Made by a program: the position numbers and the translations under genes
Shown here: in pieces, positions 10,449 through 19,005 of the stretch
How the letters are laid out: each line of letters starts with the position of its first letter
How positions within the stretch are numbered: position 1 is the first letter of the stretch
DNA from: an uncultured Pseudomonadota bacterium
Lineage (GTDB): Bacteria > Pseudomonadota > Gammaproteobacteria > Competibacterales > Competibacteraceae
DNA length: 32,000 nucleotides
Assembly (NCBI GenBank): GCA_903844665.1
Contig: CAIMUS010000059.1
Span: 12,814 to 44,813, forward strand
Direction of reading: 5' to 3'
Notes under the pieces: generated by a model
What the model was told of the DNA's origin: nothing
The model's input: only the letters and a program-made list of their open reading frames with translations
Databases searched by the model: none

Positions 10449-11380
10449 ATGAATTGTTTGCGAAACTGGCAGGTTAAGATGGCAGACCGATTCGATAGAG
10501 ATAAGGAAGGCGGGAACCTGATGTCCAACATGACTGTGCATCAGTACAACACCGTGCACACCGGCATCGTCGCGCTGCTGGAAGCGGCACGGCAGGTGGC
10601 GGCGCGCAACGTCAATGCCCTGATGACCGCCAGCTATTGGGAAATTGGCCGGCGCATCGTCGAGTTTGAGCAAGGGGGAGATGAACGTGCCGGATACGGT
10701 GAAGTGCTGGTAGAACGGCTCTCGCGTGATCTGACCCAACGGTTCGGCCGGGGCTTTGGCAAGGCCAACCTGTGGAGCATGCGAGCCTTCTATGTGGCGT
10801 GGCCCGCTGACCGAATTCTCCAGACAGCGTCTGGAGAATCTGCCGGAGAGCCAATTCTCCAGACAGTGTCTGCGGAATTGCCCGAGGCCGTGATTTCCGA
10901 ATCACTGGCTCGGAAATCGCCCGACCTTACCACGTTGGCCGCCGGTTGGAAGATTTTCTGCTGGAACTGGGCGACGACTTCGCCTTCATCGGACGCCAGA
11001 AAAGGCTGCGGGTCGGTGACAGCTGGTTCCGCGTCGATCTGGTGTTCTTCCATCGCCGTCTACGGTGCCTTGTGATCATCGACCTGAAAGCTGGCAAGTT
11101 CAGCTACGCCGATGCGGGGCAGATGCATCTTTACCTCAACTATGCCCGCGAGCACTGGATGCGCGAGGGCGAGAACCCGCCCGTGGGTCTGATCCTCTGC
11201 GCCGAAAAGGACGCAGCCGAAGCCCACTACACGCTGGCGGGGCTGTCCAACAAGGTGCTGGCCGCCGAGTACCAGACTATCCTACCCAACGAGCATCGCC
11301 TTGCGGAAGAGTTAGCGCGGGCGCGCAGAGCGCTGGAACTGCGGCAGGCGGCAATTTCCAAAGAGGGTGACGATGTCTGA
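10449..11380 (+). pseudogene. YhcG/DUF1016-type PDDEXK nuclease, internally deleted and frameshifted
   Basis: N-terminal YNTVHTGIVALLEAARQVAARNVNALMTASYWEIGRRIVEFEQGG...GKANLWSMRAFYVAWP. C-terminal MEDFLLELGDDFAFIGRQKRLRVGDSWFRVDLVFFHRRLRCLVIIDLKAGKFSYADAGQMHLYLNYAREHW lies in another frame (10946-11380). Confidence 0.8.
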
Positions 11381-11575
11381 TTATGGTTCGTTGATGGTGT
11401 GTGAAGTTCCGGTTAACCCTGCGTGACGCGGTATGGTTTTCCAGAGTAAAGAACCTGGATTGCGCTCCGCAAGCTCCGCTCCATCCAGGCTACGCCGGCT
11501 GAAACTTTAGATTGAATTTTCAAACGTCAGGATATACCTTTGAGCCTTGTATATCCTTCTTCGGAGAACCCTCCC

Positions 11576-11809
11576 ATGCAAGTCTCAAAATGGGGCAACA
11601 GCCTCGCCATACGTCTGCCGGCGGCGGTGGTCGAAGCACTTAATCTCAAGGAAGGCGACGACATCGAAATCCAGGTAGCCGACGCACACGCCTTTGCCAT
11701 CGCCAAGGCTCCAAACGCCCGCGAGTTGCTGGCGAGATTACGCAAGTATCGCGGCCGGCTGCCCGCCGATTTCAAATTCGACCGACTGGAAGCCCATGAA
11801 CGGGGCTGA
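11576..11809 (+). CDS. AbrB/MazE-fold antitoxin (VapB-like)
   Basis: MQVSKWGNSLAIRLPAAVVEALNLKEGDDIEI. Confidence 0.85.
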   Translation: MQVSKWGNSLAIRLPAAVVEALNLKEGDDIEIQVADAHAFAIAKAPNARELLARLRKYRGRLPADFKFDRLEAHERG

Positions 11810-12116
11810 GGTGTTCTTCGACACCAATGTCTTGCTTTACCTGATGTCGGCGGACGAGGCTAAAGCCGATCGTGCGGAAAGCCTGATTGCGGGCGGTGGT
11901 GTCATCAGTGTGCAAGTGTTGAACGAATTCGCCTCCGTCGCGGTGCGCAAACACGCCCTGTCTCACGCGGAAATCCGCGATGCGCTCGAACCGATCCGAA
12001 CGGTTTGCAAGCTGGTGCCCCTCACGGGGGAAACTCATGACCTGGGCTTGCGGTTGGCGGAGCGGTGCCTGTATTTTCTACCCGGCCCTAAGTTTTATCC
12101 CCTACGCCGCTTTTAG
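11796..12116 (+). pseudogene. PIN-domain toxin (VapC-like), C-terminally truncated
   Basis: FFDTNVLLYLMSADEAKADRAESLI...ISVQVLNEFASVAVRK is a PIN core. Homologous-looking reading stops near RCLYF and the expected second Asp block (sFYDALIVAAA) is missing. Confidence 0.75.
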
Positions 12117-12317
12117 CTCGTGTAGGGGAAGGTTGGACAGCATGACCGATTGGATGTCGGCCTTCTGGCTGGCATGTTGCACATCAATTCCGACCAACAC
12201 GCCATCTGCGGAAAAATCCAGCACGACCCCGTCTGACACTTCATCGGAATCCACCGATGGGATTTCCGACAGGTGGATGTATAGCGAATCGGTTTCAGCA
12301 TCGTAGCTCAACTTCAT
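12102..12317 (-). CDS. DUF2283-like small protein
   Basis: MKLSYDAETDSLYIHLSEIPSVDSDEVSDGVVLDFSADGVLVGIDVQHAS. Confidence 0.8.
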   Translation of the reverse strand: MKLSYDAETDSLYIHLSEIPSVDSDEVSDGVVLDFSADGVLVGIDVQHASQKADIQSVMLSNLPLHELKAA

Positions 12318-12553
12318 GGGATAAATCTCCTGTCAGGGAAAGCGTTGTGCAAGGTCACGCCATCGGGCAGGGTGACCACGCGCAGGTGTTTGCCAAGCTC
12401 CGGCACAAAAACCCAATGGCGAATTCGCCCGTCCGGCTGGGTTTCCCGGCGAATGGGGTTGGTAATCGCCGCAACGCACCATTCCATTTTGATATAGGAA
12501 CGCTTGGTTAGAACGTCATTGCGGAAATAAGGGGTCGTCGGAGGGGCGTCCAT
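12314..12553 (-). CDS. DUF4258-like small protein (putative toxin partner)
   Basis: TKRSYIKMEWCVAAITNPIRRETQPDGRIRHWVFVPELGKHLRVVTLPDGVTLHNAFPDRRF. 4-nt overlap with the DUF2283 gene. Confidence 0.65.
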   Translation of the reverse strand: MDAPPTTPYFRNDVLTKRSYIKMEWCVAAITNPIRRETQPDGRIRHWVFVPELGKHLRVVTLPDGVTLHNAFPDRRFIP

Positions 12554-12617
12554 AGTGAAGCATCATGCAAAAACTTGTATGTGTATGCAAGGTTTTTGAA
12601 AATTCAGCCGGGAGCGG

Positions 12618-12700
12618 GTCGGGGTAACGGGGTTGCGCCCGTTACCCCTCCCACACCACCGGACGTGCGGTCTTCCGCATCCGGCGGTTGAACCCGGCGG
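12618..12700 (-). mobile_element. Group II intron 3'-end-like remnant (domain V/VI-like)
   Basis: Minus strand CCGCCGGATGCGGAAGACCGCACGTCCGGTGGTGTGGGAGGGGTAACGGGCGCAACCCCGTTACCCCGAC: domain V-like hairpin followed by a domain VI-like hairpin. Confidence 0.45.
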
Positions 12701-13072
12701 TGTTGTTCACCGCAGAATGAGGAAAAGGCCTTTTCCTGCATTCCATTCAGCACCTTCTACTCCCTCAACCGCTCAAAGGAATCCTCGTACCCCACAGTGG
12801 CGCTTCGCGTCGGAATCCACCGGCGTTCCGCTCCACCATCGGCCCGGAAGGCTGCCGCAGTTGCAACGTCCGTCCGTTTCGGAGTGCTTCCCGTTTTCCT
12901 CTGAAGGCTTTGGAATGGCCTGTTTCGTGGTTCTTAGGCCCTTCGCTCCACGCGGTTTCCCGCGCTTCTTCGCTACTATGGCCTCTGCTGACTCCTCCTC
13001 GACTCTCATTGAGGAGGTCTCCCCGGGTAAGGCGCCAAGACTATCGGCCCGGATCGCCAGACGAAATCCCAT

Positions 13073-13133
13073 GCCTAACATTGCGCTCCAGCGGACTCCG
13101 CTGACGCTCCGCCGCTGAGCTTGAATGTTAGGC
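13073..13133. repeat. Integron attC-like recombination site 1
   Basis: GCCTAAC...GTTAGGC 7-bp cores with inner arms GCGCTCCAGCGG / CCGCTGAGCTTG, 61 bp. Extra C in the left arm suggests canonical orientation on +. Confidence 0.72.
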
Positions 13134-13487
13134 GACCAAGTCGCAATACCTCACAAAGGCACGGCAATGGCTTGAACGAGCCAGATGCAGCGCATCCGCA
13201 AAGTCTAGCCCTTGGTTATAGGCAGCTAATGCGCAAAGCACGACTTCCCGGTCTTCGAGAGTAACGTTTTCCAGACCACACAGCACCAGGAATACCCGCT
13301 CAATATCGGCGCGTGGCAATTCGTAAAACCCACGCATGACCCATTCAAATTCCAAAGTCACCGATACCGGCACAAATACCGGCTGAGATAGCACCGTTAC
13401 TGCGGCAGGTTTTTGTATTGCGGCCTCGGCGTCATCCGGATCGTTGATGAAGAACCGCGCCAGCACATTGGTATCAAGGGCTTTCAT
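13128..13487 (-). CDS. PIN-domain toxin (VapC-like)
   Basis: MKALDTNVLARFFINDPDDAEAA...FADALHLARSSHCRAF. Stop TAA lies inside the attC core (GCC TAA C). Confidence 0.85.
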   Translation of the reverse strand: MKALDTNVLARFFINDPDDAEAAIQKPAAVTVLSQPVFVPVSVTLEFEWVMRGFYELPRADIERVFLVLCGLENVTLEDREVVLCALAAYNQGLDFADALHLARSSHCRAFVRYCDLVA

Positions 13488-13537
13488 GCTTCGGTTTTAG
13501 CTGTCAGCGTGGCCGAAGAAATAGTCATGGTTGCCAT
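13484..13537 (-). pseudogene. 17-aa ORF upstream of the PIN gene, possible antitoxin remnant or leader
   Basis: ATGGCAACCATGACTATTTCTTCGGCCACGCTGACAGCTAAAACCGAAGCATGA (MATMTISSATLTAKTEA*). GAGGAC upstream; ATGA overlap with the PIN start. Confidence 0.5.
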
Positions 13538-13731
13538 GATGTCCTCGCGGTGAATGCCACAGTACGTACACTATAGCACAATGGCTTACCATGTAAGGAC
13601 AAATGGGATCAGACACGATATTTTATGCGTGGGCAGGCGTTATATGCAGTACTTCATCAGAAAATCCATTAGCAGGCGCGATGATTTTTTCTGTGGGCTA
13701 CGAATCACCCGTATTTCCACCGCCGAGCCGG

Positions 13732-13992
13732 TTAGAGTCGCTGCCGGAGCCATGCCGTCAGTTCGTCCGCTGTCCGAAACTCCAGCAATACTTCCGCCAG
13801 CGCTTCCAGTTCCAGCACGGACAGGGTCCGAATCCGGGCCTCCTGTTCCGCCTCGACCGCGCCTAATCGACGCCGCAATTGCCGCAACACCAGCGCCGCT
13901 GCCTCGTCCTGACGACCCTCTTCCCGTCCCTCGGCAACCGCCTCTTGATAAAAGCGCGTCTGTTTCAAATCGATATCAGGTAAGTGCAACAT
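13732..13992 (-). pseudogene. C-terminal remnant of an Rpn/DUF4351-type protein
   Basis: QTRFYQEAVAEGREEGRQDEAAALVLRQLRRRLG...LSVLELEALAEVLLEFRTADELTAWL. Confidence 0.6.
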
Positions 13993-14054
13993 CGCTTGGG
14001 GGTTTTATTGGGTACTCATCGAAAATGGGTATAATTGGGTGTATTATGGGTTCC

Positions 14055-15104
14055 ATGATCCGATCCGACACCATCCAGATTACCTCGGAGATCCTGAGTC
14101 TGATTGCCCGGATCGACGAGTTCAAGGGCGCATGGCGTGCCCTGGGAACACTGACGCCCGATCGGCTGTCAGCGCTGCGCCGCGTCGCCACGATCGAGAG
14201 CATCGGCTCGTCCACCCGAATCGAGGGCGGCAAGCTGTCGAATCGCGAGGTGGAGCGCTTGTTGTCCAATCTGCAGATCGAGCCTTTCACCACCCGCGAC
14301 GAGCAGGAAGTAGCCGGTTACGCCGAGCTGATGGAACTGGTGTTCAATTCGTGGCAGGACATTCCATTCACGGAGAACCACATCAAGCAACTGCATCAGA
14401 TCCTGCTCCGCTACAGCGAGAAGGATGCCTGGCATCGCGGCAACTACAAGACCACATCCAACAGTGTCGTCGCCTTCGATGAGAACGGCGCCGAGATCGG
14501 CGTCATGTTCCAGACGGCCACCCCCTTCGATACCCCGCGCCTGATGACGGAACTGGTCGGCTGGGTTCAGGAGGAACGCACGGCGGGGCGCCTGCATCCG
14601 TTGTTGATCATCGCCCTGTGGGTCGTGGTATTTCTGGAAATTCACCCATTCCAGGATGGCAATGGCCGACTTTCCCGGGTGCTCACCACGCTGCTGCTCC
14701 TGCAGGCAGGCTATGCCTATGTGCCATACAGCTCTCTCGAGAGCGTAATCGAGCAGAACAAGGAAGCCTACTATCTGGCGTTGCGGCAGACCCAGGGAAC
14801 GATTCGTACCGAGGCGCCCAACTGGCAGCCTTGGCTGGCGTTCTTCCTGCGGTCCCTGACCGAGCAGGTTAGGCGCCTCGAGAAGAAGGTCGAGCGCGAG
14901 AAGCTGGTGCTGGCCTCGTTGCCGAAACTGTCACTCGCCATCGTTGAATTCGCCCGTGAGCACGGTCGAGTGACCATCGGCGAGGCCATCAAACTGACCG
15001 GCGCAAGCCGCAATACGCTCAAGCAGCACTTCCGCGCCCTGGTCGAGCGCGGATACCTGAATCAGCACGGTAGCGGACGTGGCGTCTGGTACGAACTTCG
15101 CTGA
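14055..15104 (+). CDS. Fic family protein (AMPylase-type) with N-terminal inhibitory motif
   Basis: HPFQDGNGRLSR active site, SSTRIEGGKL inhibitory-helix motif (S/TxxxEG), C-terminal wHTH (VTIGEAIKLTGASRNTLKQHFRALVERGYL). Alternative starts 14046 and 14025. Confidence 0.88.
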   Translation: MIRSDTIQITSEILSLIARIDEFKGAWRALGTLTPDRLSALRRVATIESIGSSTRIEGGKLSNREVERLLSNLQIEPFTTRDEQEVAGYAELMELVFNSWQDIPFTENHIKQLHQILLRYSEKDAWHRGNYKTTSNSVVAFDENGAEIGVMFQTATPFDTPRLMTELVGWVQEERTAGRLHPLLIIALWVVVFLEIHPFQDGNGRLSRVLTTLLLLQAGYAYVPYSSLESVIEQNKEAYYLALRQTQGTIRTEAPNWQPWLAFFLRSLTEQVRRLEKKVEREKLVLASLPKLSLAIVEFAREHGRVTIGEAIKLTGASRNTLKQHFRALVERGYLNQHGSGRGVWYELR

Positions 15105-15229
15105 TCCACACGATGCTGAAACCCTATATAGGGGCTGATTTTCATCGCTGAGCGCCACCTGCTCCTTGAACAGCAAGGGGCGCAAAGCCAAATGGCAGCG
15201 GGCAGACGCTGCAGAGGACAGGACAGGGT

Positions 15230-15919
15230 ATGACACGACTGAGCCGCTCACGCCGCCCCCCGTTTTGCCAGTTACCCCGCCACCGGCAAAAGGATGCCTA
15301 CATCGGCATCAAGAACCTGATCCGCCGCGCCGCGCCGGTGCTCGGTGGACGCTTCTACACGCACCATGTGCTGCATGGCTACAACGGCTGGATCGACCTG
15401 TATTTCCTCGGGGCCAAGGCGCCGATTTTCTACAACGTCACGCTGGAAACCGCCTTGGAAGCCTACAAGGAAGCCGTGTGGGACAAGGCATGGGAGGCGT
15501 CTTACGCGCTGGCGGCCGATGATGAACCTGACTGGCTGAGCCGTGCCGTCAAAGACCCCAAGACCGGCTGCTACGTCATCCCTGCGCGCGAGCCCAAGCG
15601 CTACTCGGCACTGGATGGCTTGACCCGTATGGAATGGGTGCAGCGGCAACTGGCGGTGATTGCCGATGGCGGCGAGGTTGCCGTCACCACCGGTTGGATG
15701 CTGCACCACGACTACCACCACGGCATCGGCCTGTCCGCCACTATCGATGCGCCCGCCATCACCATCGACGTGGTGCACGCCTTCATCGACCGCTTTCTGA
15801 CCAACCCTCGCGACTGGCGCGATGCCACATCGCGCCGCTACCGCTACGCCGAAGTACCGCACTGGGGCTTGTCGGCCAACGCCATTGCCGAGCCGTGGGC
15901 TGTGGCGAACCAGGAATAA
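15230..15919 (+). CDS. Hypothetical protein
   Basis: 229-aa ORF (AYIGIKNLIRRAAPVLGGRFYTHHVLHGYNGWIDLYFLGAKAPIFYNVT...). N-terminus may be frameshifted. Confidence 0.5.
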   Translation: MTRLSRSRRPPFCQLPRHRQKDAYIGIKNLIRRAAPVLGGRFYTHHVLHGYNGWIDLYFLGAKAPIFYNVTLETALEAYKEAVWDKAWEASYALAADDEPDWLSRAVKDPKTGCYVIPAREPKRYSALDGLTRMEWVQRQLAVIADGGEVAVTTGWMLHHDYHHGIGLSATIDAPAITIDVVHAFIDRFLTNPRDWRDATSRRYRYAEVPHWGLSANAIAEPWAVANQE

Positions 15920-15922
15920 GGA

Positions 15923-16255
15923 GAACCTGCTTGTCTGCCATTCATGACCTGATCCTGTTGTTGATCGGCAGCAATCCGCAACTGGATGAGTACAACACCG
16001 TGCACACCGGCATCGTCGCGCTGCTGCTGGAAGCGGCACGGCAGGCGGCGGCGCGCAACGTCAATGCCCTGATGACCGCCAGCTATTGGAAAATTGGCCG
16101 GCGCATCGTCGAGTTTGAGCAAGACGGAGATGAGCGTGCCGGATACGGTGAAGTGCTGGTAGAACGGCTCTCGCGTGATCTGACCCAACGGTTCGGCAGG
16201 GGCTTTGGCAAGGCCAACCTGTGGAGCATGCGAGCCTTCTATCTGGCGTGGCCCC
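15923..16255 (+). pseudogene. Second truncated YhcG/DUF1016 N-terminal fragment
   Basis: TACAACACCGTGCACACCGGCATCGTCGCGCTGCTG... near-identical to 10544-10800. Ends at the TIR element. Confidence 0.8.
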
Positions 16256-16374
16256 CTAGGAGTTTGTCGGACTTATCACTCAACTGTTTGATTTTCATAG
16301 AGTTAATATTTCCAACGATTTTTAAAAAGCATTTAGAATCAGTATGTTACTGATTAAGTCCGACAGACTCCTAG
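16256..16374. mobile_element. 119-bp MITE-like element with 20-bp terminal inverted repeats
   Basis: CTAGGAGTTTGTCGGACTTA ... TAAGTCCGACAGACTCCTAG, one mismatch. CTAG at both outer ends is compatible with a 4-bp target duplication. A related end occurs at 23119. Confidence 0.75.
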
Positions 16375-16375
16375 A

Positions 16376-18282
16376 TCAAAGACTAAAGGGAAAGGTCCTG
16401 GCCAGGCGAAAACCCTCGTCCTCGAGCCAGAAGTGCGGGTCGAACCTGCCGCGCGCAGCCCCGCGCAGTTCCCGCGGAACGTGGCTCCACGAGCCGCCCC
16501 GCAGCACACACGGGCCGCCAGAATTGGTATTCAGCACCGACTGATTCGCACCAGAGTAATCCTCCGTGTACTCTGAAGCCGTCCACTCCCAAACGTTACC
16601 CGCCAGATCATGTATTACTCCACCGTCCGATTGGATAACCCGCCACCAATCCGCTGCACCGCCCGGAAAGCTGCCTACCGCACTGGTGCGGTTAATGCCG
16701 GACTCGTTGCTATTGCAGCGCCAGCTTTCCCACTCATCACCCCACGGATAACGCCGGCCCTCTGGCCCCCGCGCCGCCCACTCCCACTCGGCCTCGGTCG
16801 GCAAGCGGATAGTCCCCGGCGGCAAGTGCAATTGCTCGTTCAGCCAGTTGCAATAGGCTTCCGCCTCGTACCAGGTAACTCCTATCACTGGGTGGTTGGC
16901 CAGGGTCCAGGTTGGATCATCCCAGTACGAGGGCGCTTCCTGGCTACTTCCATTCCGCCACTCACAACCGGTCTCGCTCCAATAGCGATCTTCTCGATAA
17001 CCACGCTGCTCCACAAAAGGCCGAAACTGTGCCACCGTGACCGGGTAGACTGCCAACTCGAAATCGGCAATTTCCAACGGCTTGGCCTTCCCGGACCAAG
17101 TTTCATCGTCACGTGCCTCTGAGTCCAGCTTTGCCCCCTTACCCAACTTCAAACCCGCAAAACCCGAAAACTGTTCACTGTTCTTTACAGTCGCTGTCCC
17201 AGAAATCCGCACCCACAGCAGATCGGGTAATCCATCCGCACCCAGATCCACACCCGGCCGTGGATCACCCAGGGTAGCCAGGGCACGCCCGGCTCGACCC
17301 CGCCACTCGGCAGGCATATCTGCATCCGGCAGACTCTCCACCAGGGCCGTTATCACCTTCGCCTTGCTCGCCGGCGTCACGCCCGCCGGCCAGGCATCGA
17401 TCACCGCTTCACCCGCCAGCACCACCGCCGCGCCGGGTGGTTCGTAGATCTCCTTGCACAGGGTTTCCACCACGTCACCGGCGATCTTGTCCATTTGCTG
17501 AATCAGTCCTACATAACCGACCGTCAGCAGGGCGATTTCATGCCAGGCGGTTTCACCCGCATGCGCGCCTAATGCGTGCGCAATGGCCTTGGCGTCGCCC
17601 TGATGCCGCAAGGCGATAGCCACCGCCGCCAGGTATTCCTCGAAGGTCAAGTGGATAAAGCCATACTCACCGGGTCCGCGTTCCAACAACAGGCTGGCAT
17701 AATCATGGACATCTTCCAGGAACTGGCGGGTACAGCTTTCCGGGTCAGCCTCGCCGCGGCTGGCGTAGAGAGCTTCCAGTTCCCGCCGCATCTCCTCTCG
17801 CTTGACCAAGCCCACGCCCGGATTGGTCTCGTGCATCCACAGCGCCAGCGGCGCCAGTATCTTGACCGTCTGCACCGGGTCCAGGTCCCGACTGGGCGGG
17901 CGCCCCAACCCGCGCGCCCGGTTCCAGGTGGATAGCAGCGTTTTGACATACTGGTCATACAGCTCGACCCGTCGCTCCGGCAAGGTGACGCCTTGCCGTT
18001 TCATCAAGGCCAGAATGGTGAGCAGTAACGGATTGGCGGCCAATTGCCGCACCCCGGCATTGCGCTCGACCGCCTCCAGCAGCTCACGCCGTTCCCGTTC
18101 GGCATCGGCCAGGGCTAGGCGGGTATCGCCCTGAGCCTGTTTCTCCAGCGCCTGGGTCCAGCGGTCTACAAAGGTCTTGATCTCTGCGTCATCGAAATCC
18201 ACCAGAGTGCATTCGGCCAGGCCGGTGGCCACCCGGCGCACCTCCCGATAGCCGATGATGCGGCTGGTAATGACGAACTTAT
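16376..18282 (-). pseudogene. NACHT/STAND-type protein C-terminal part fused to formylglycine-generating-enzyme (FGE/SUMF1) domain, lacking the P-loop
   Basis: KFVITSRIIGYREV...ANPLLLTILALMKRQ...FIHLTFEEYLAAVAIA; then YPVTVAQFRPFV...HPVIGVTWYEAEAYCNWLNEQ...RLPTEAEWEWAARG...VWEWT...CVLRGGSW...EGFRLARTFPFSL. Frame stays open upstream of the called Met (18241) to a junction near 18282 with no Walker A. Confidence 0.8.
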
Positions 18283-18653
18283 TCTACTGCCTTTTTTGAC
18301 GCCTTCAATACTTTACCGTATCGCTCACAAAAGAAACGCACACATTCAGGCGCAACATCTATTGCTTGCTCATCATACTCGCCGGTCTCTGGATTAGGCC
18401 AGATCAAGGCATATTCTCCTCGAACTACCCGAAATCGCTCCGCATCCCTTAACACTCCAAACACACCTCCAGGATTTTCTTCCACCAGCAATGGATAAAA
18501 ATCCAACTCGTAAATCGAAACGTCAAGTTCATCCTCAAACCATAAGCGCAAGATGTGGTCATTTACATGTTCCGCTTTGAGTAGTCCTTTCTCGTATCGG
18601 CCTGCCCACATAGAGGCGTTATCTGCTAAAGTGTGCCATTCTTGCCATTTCAT
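18279..18653 (-). CDS. DUF2442-like protein, partner of a DUF4160-like gene
   Basis: ILRLWFEDELDVSIYELDFYPLL...GVFGVLRDAERFRVVRGEYALIWPNPETGEYDEQAIDVAPE. Confidence 0.65.
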   Translation of the reverse strand: MKWQEWHTLADNASMWAGRYEKGLLKAEHVNDHILRLWFEDELDVSIYELDFYPLLVEENPGGVFGVLRDAERFRVVRGEYALIWPNPETGEYDEQAIDVAPECVRFFCERYGKVLKASKKAVE

Positions 18654-18659
18654 ACCTAT

Positions 18660-18932
18660 CTACCCCACAATTGAAACAGGTCGATTGTTCCAGGCATTTT
18701 CCCATTGTTCAAGCAACTCGGCCTCATGTGCTTCAACCCATGTCTCTACCAGCTTCTTCAAGGTCGGCTGCAACTCTCGACCAGATTGCATCCAAATCCT
18801 AGTCCTGATTTCAATTCGATAGCTTCGCACATCTCCCTGATACTTGACGTGAACATGCGGCGGGGCATGATCAACATAGTTCATCAATATGACCAAAGCT
18901 CCCTTCTTGAATGGGTGTGAAACTGGTGGCAT
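18660..18932 (-). CDS. DUF4160-like protein
   Basis: VILMNYVDHAPPHVHVKYQGDVRSYRIEI...LVETWVEAHEAELLEQWENAWNNRPVSIV. Confidence 0.8.
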   Translation of the reverse strand: MPPVSHPFKKGALVILMNYVDHAPPHVHVKYQGDVRSYRIEIRTRIWMQSGRELQPTLKKLVETWVEAHEAELLEQWENAWNNRPVSIVG

Positions 18933-19005
18933 GTTAATCTCTACAATTATTTATATCATTGGATTGTCTCTGACACAATCCACTATTACTTTGGGACTGC
19001 GGCCT

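Noticed and set aside
12257-12511. ORF 12257..12511 plus strand
   Set aside because: Antisense to the DUF4258/DUF2283 pair, which has better gene-like features and overlap.
12633-13118. ORF ending ...NIALQRTPLTLRR as a genuine cassette protein
   Set aside because: It starts inside the intron-like remnant and ends by translating the attC palindrome; no recognisable domain.
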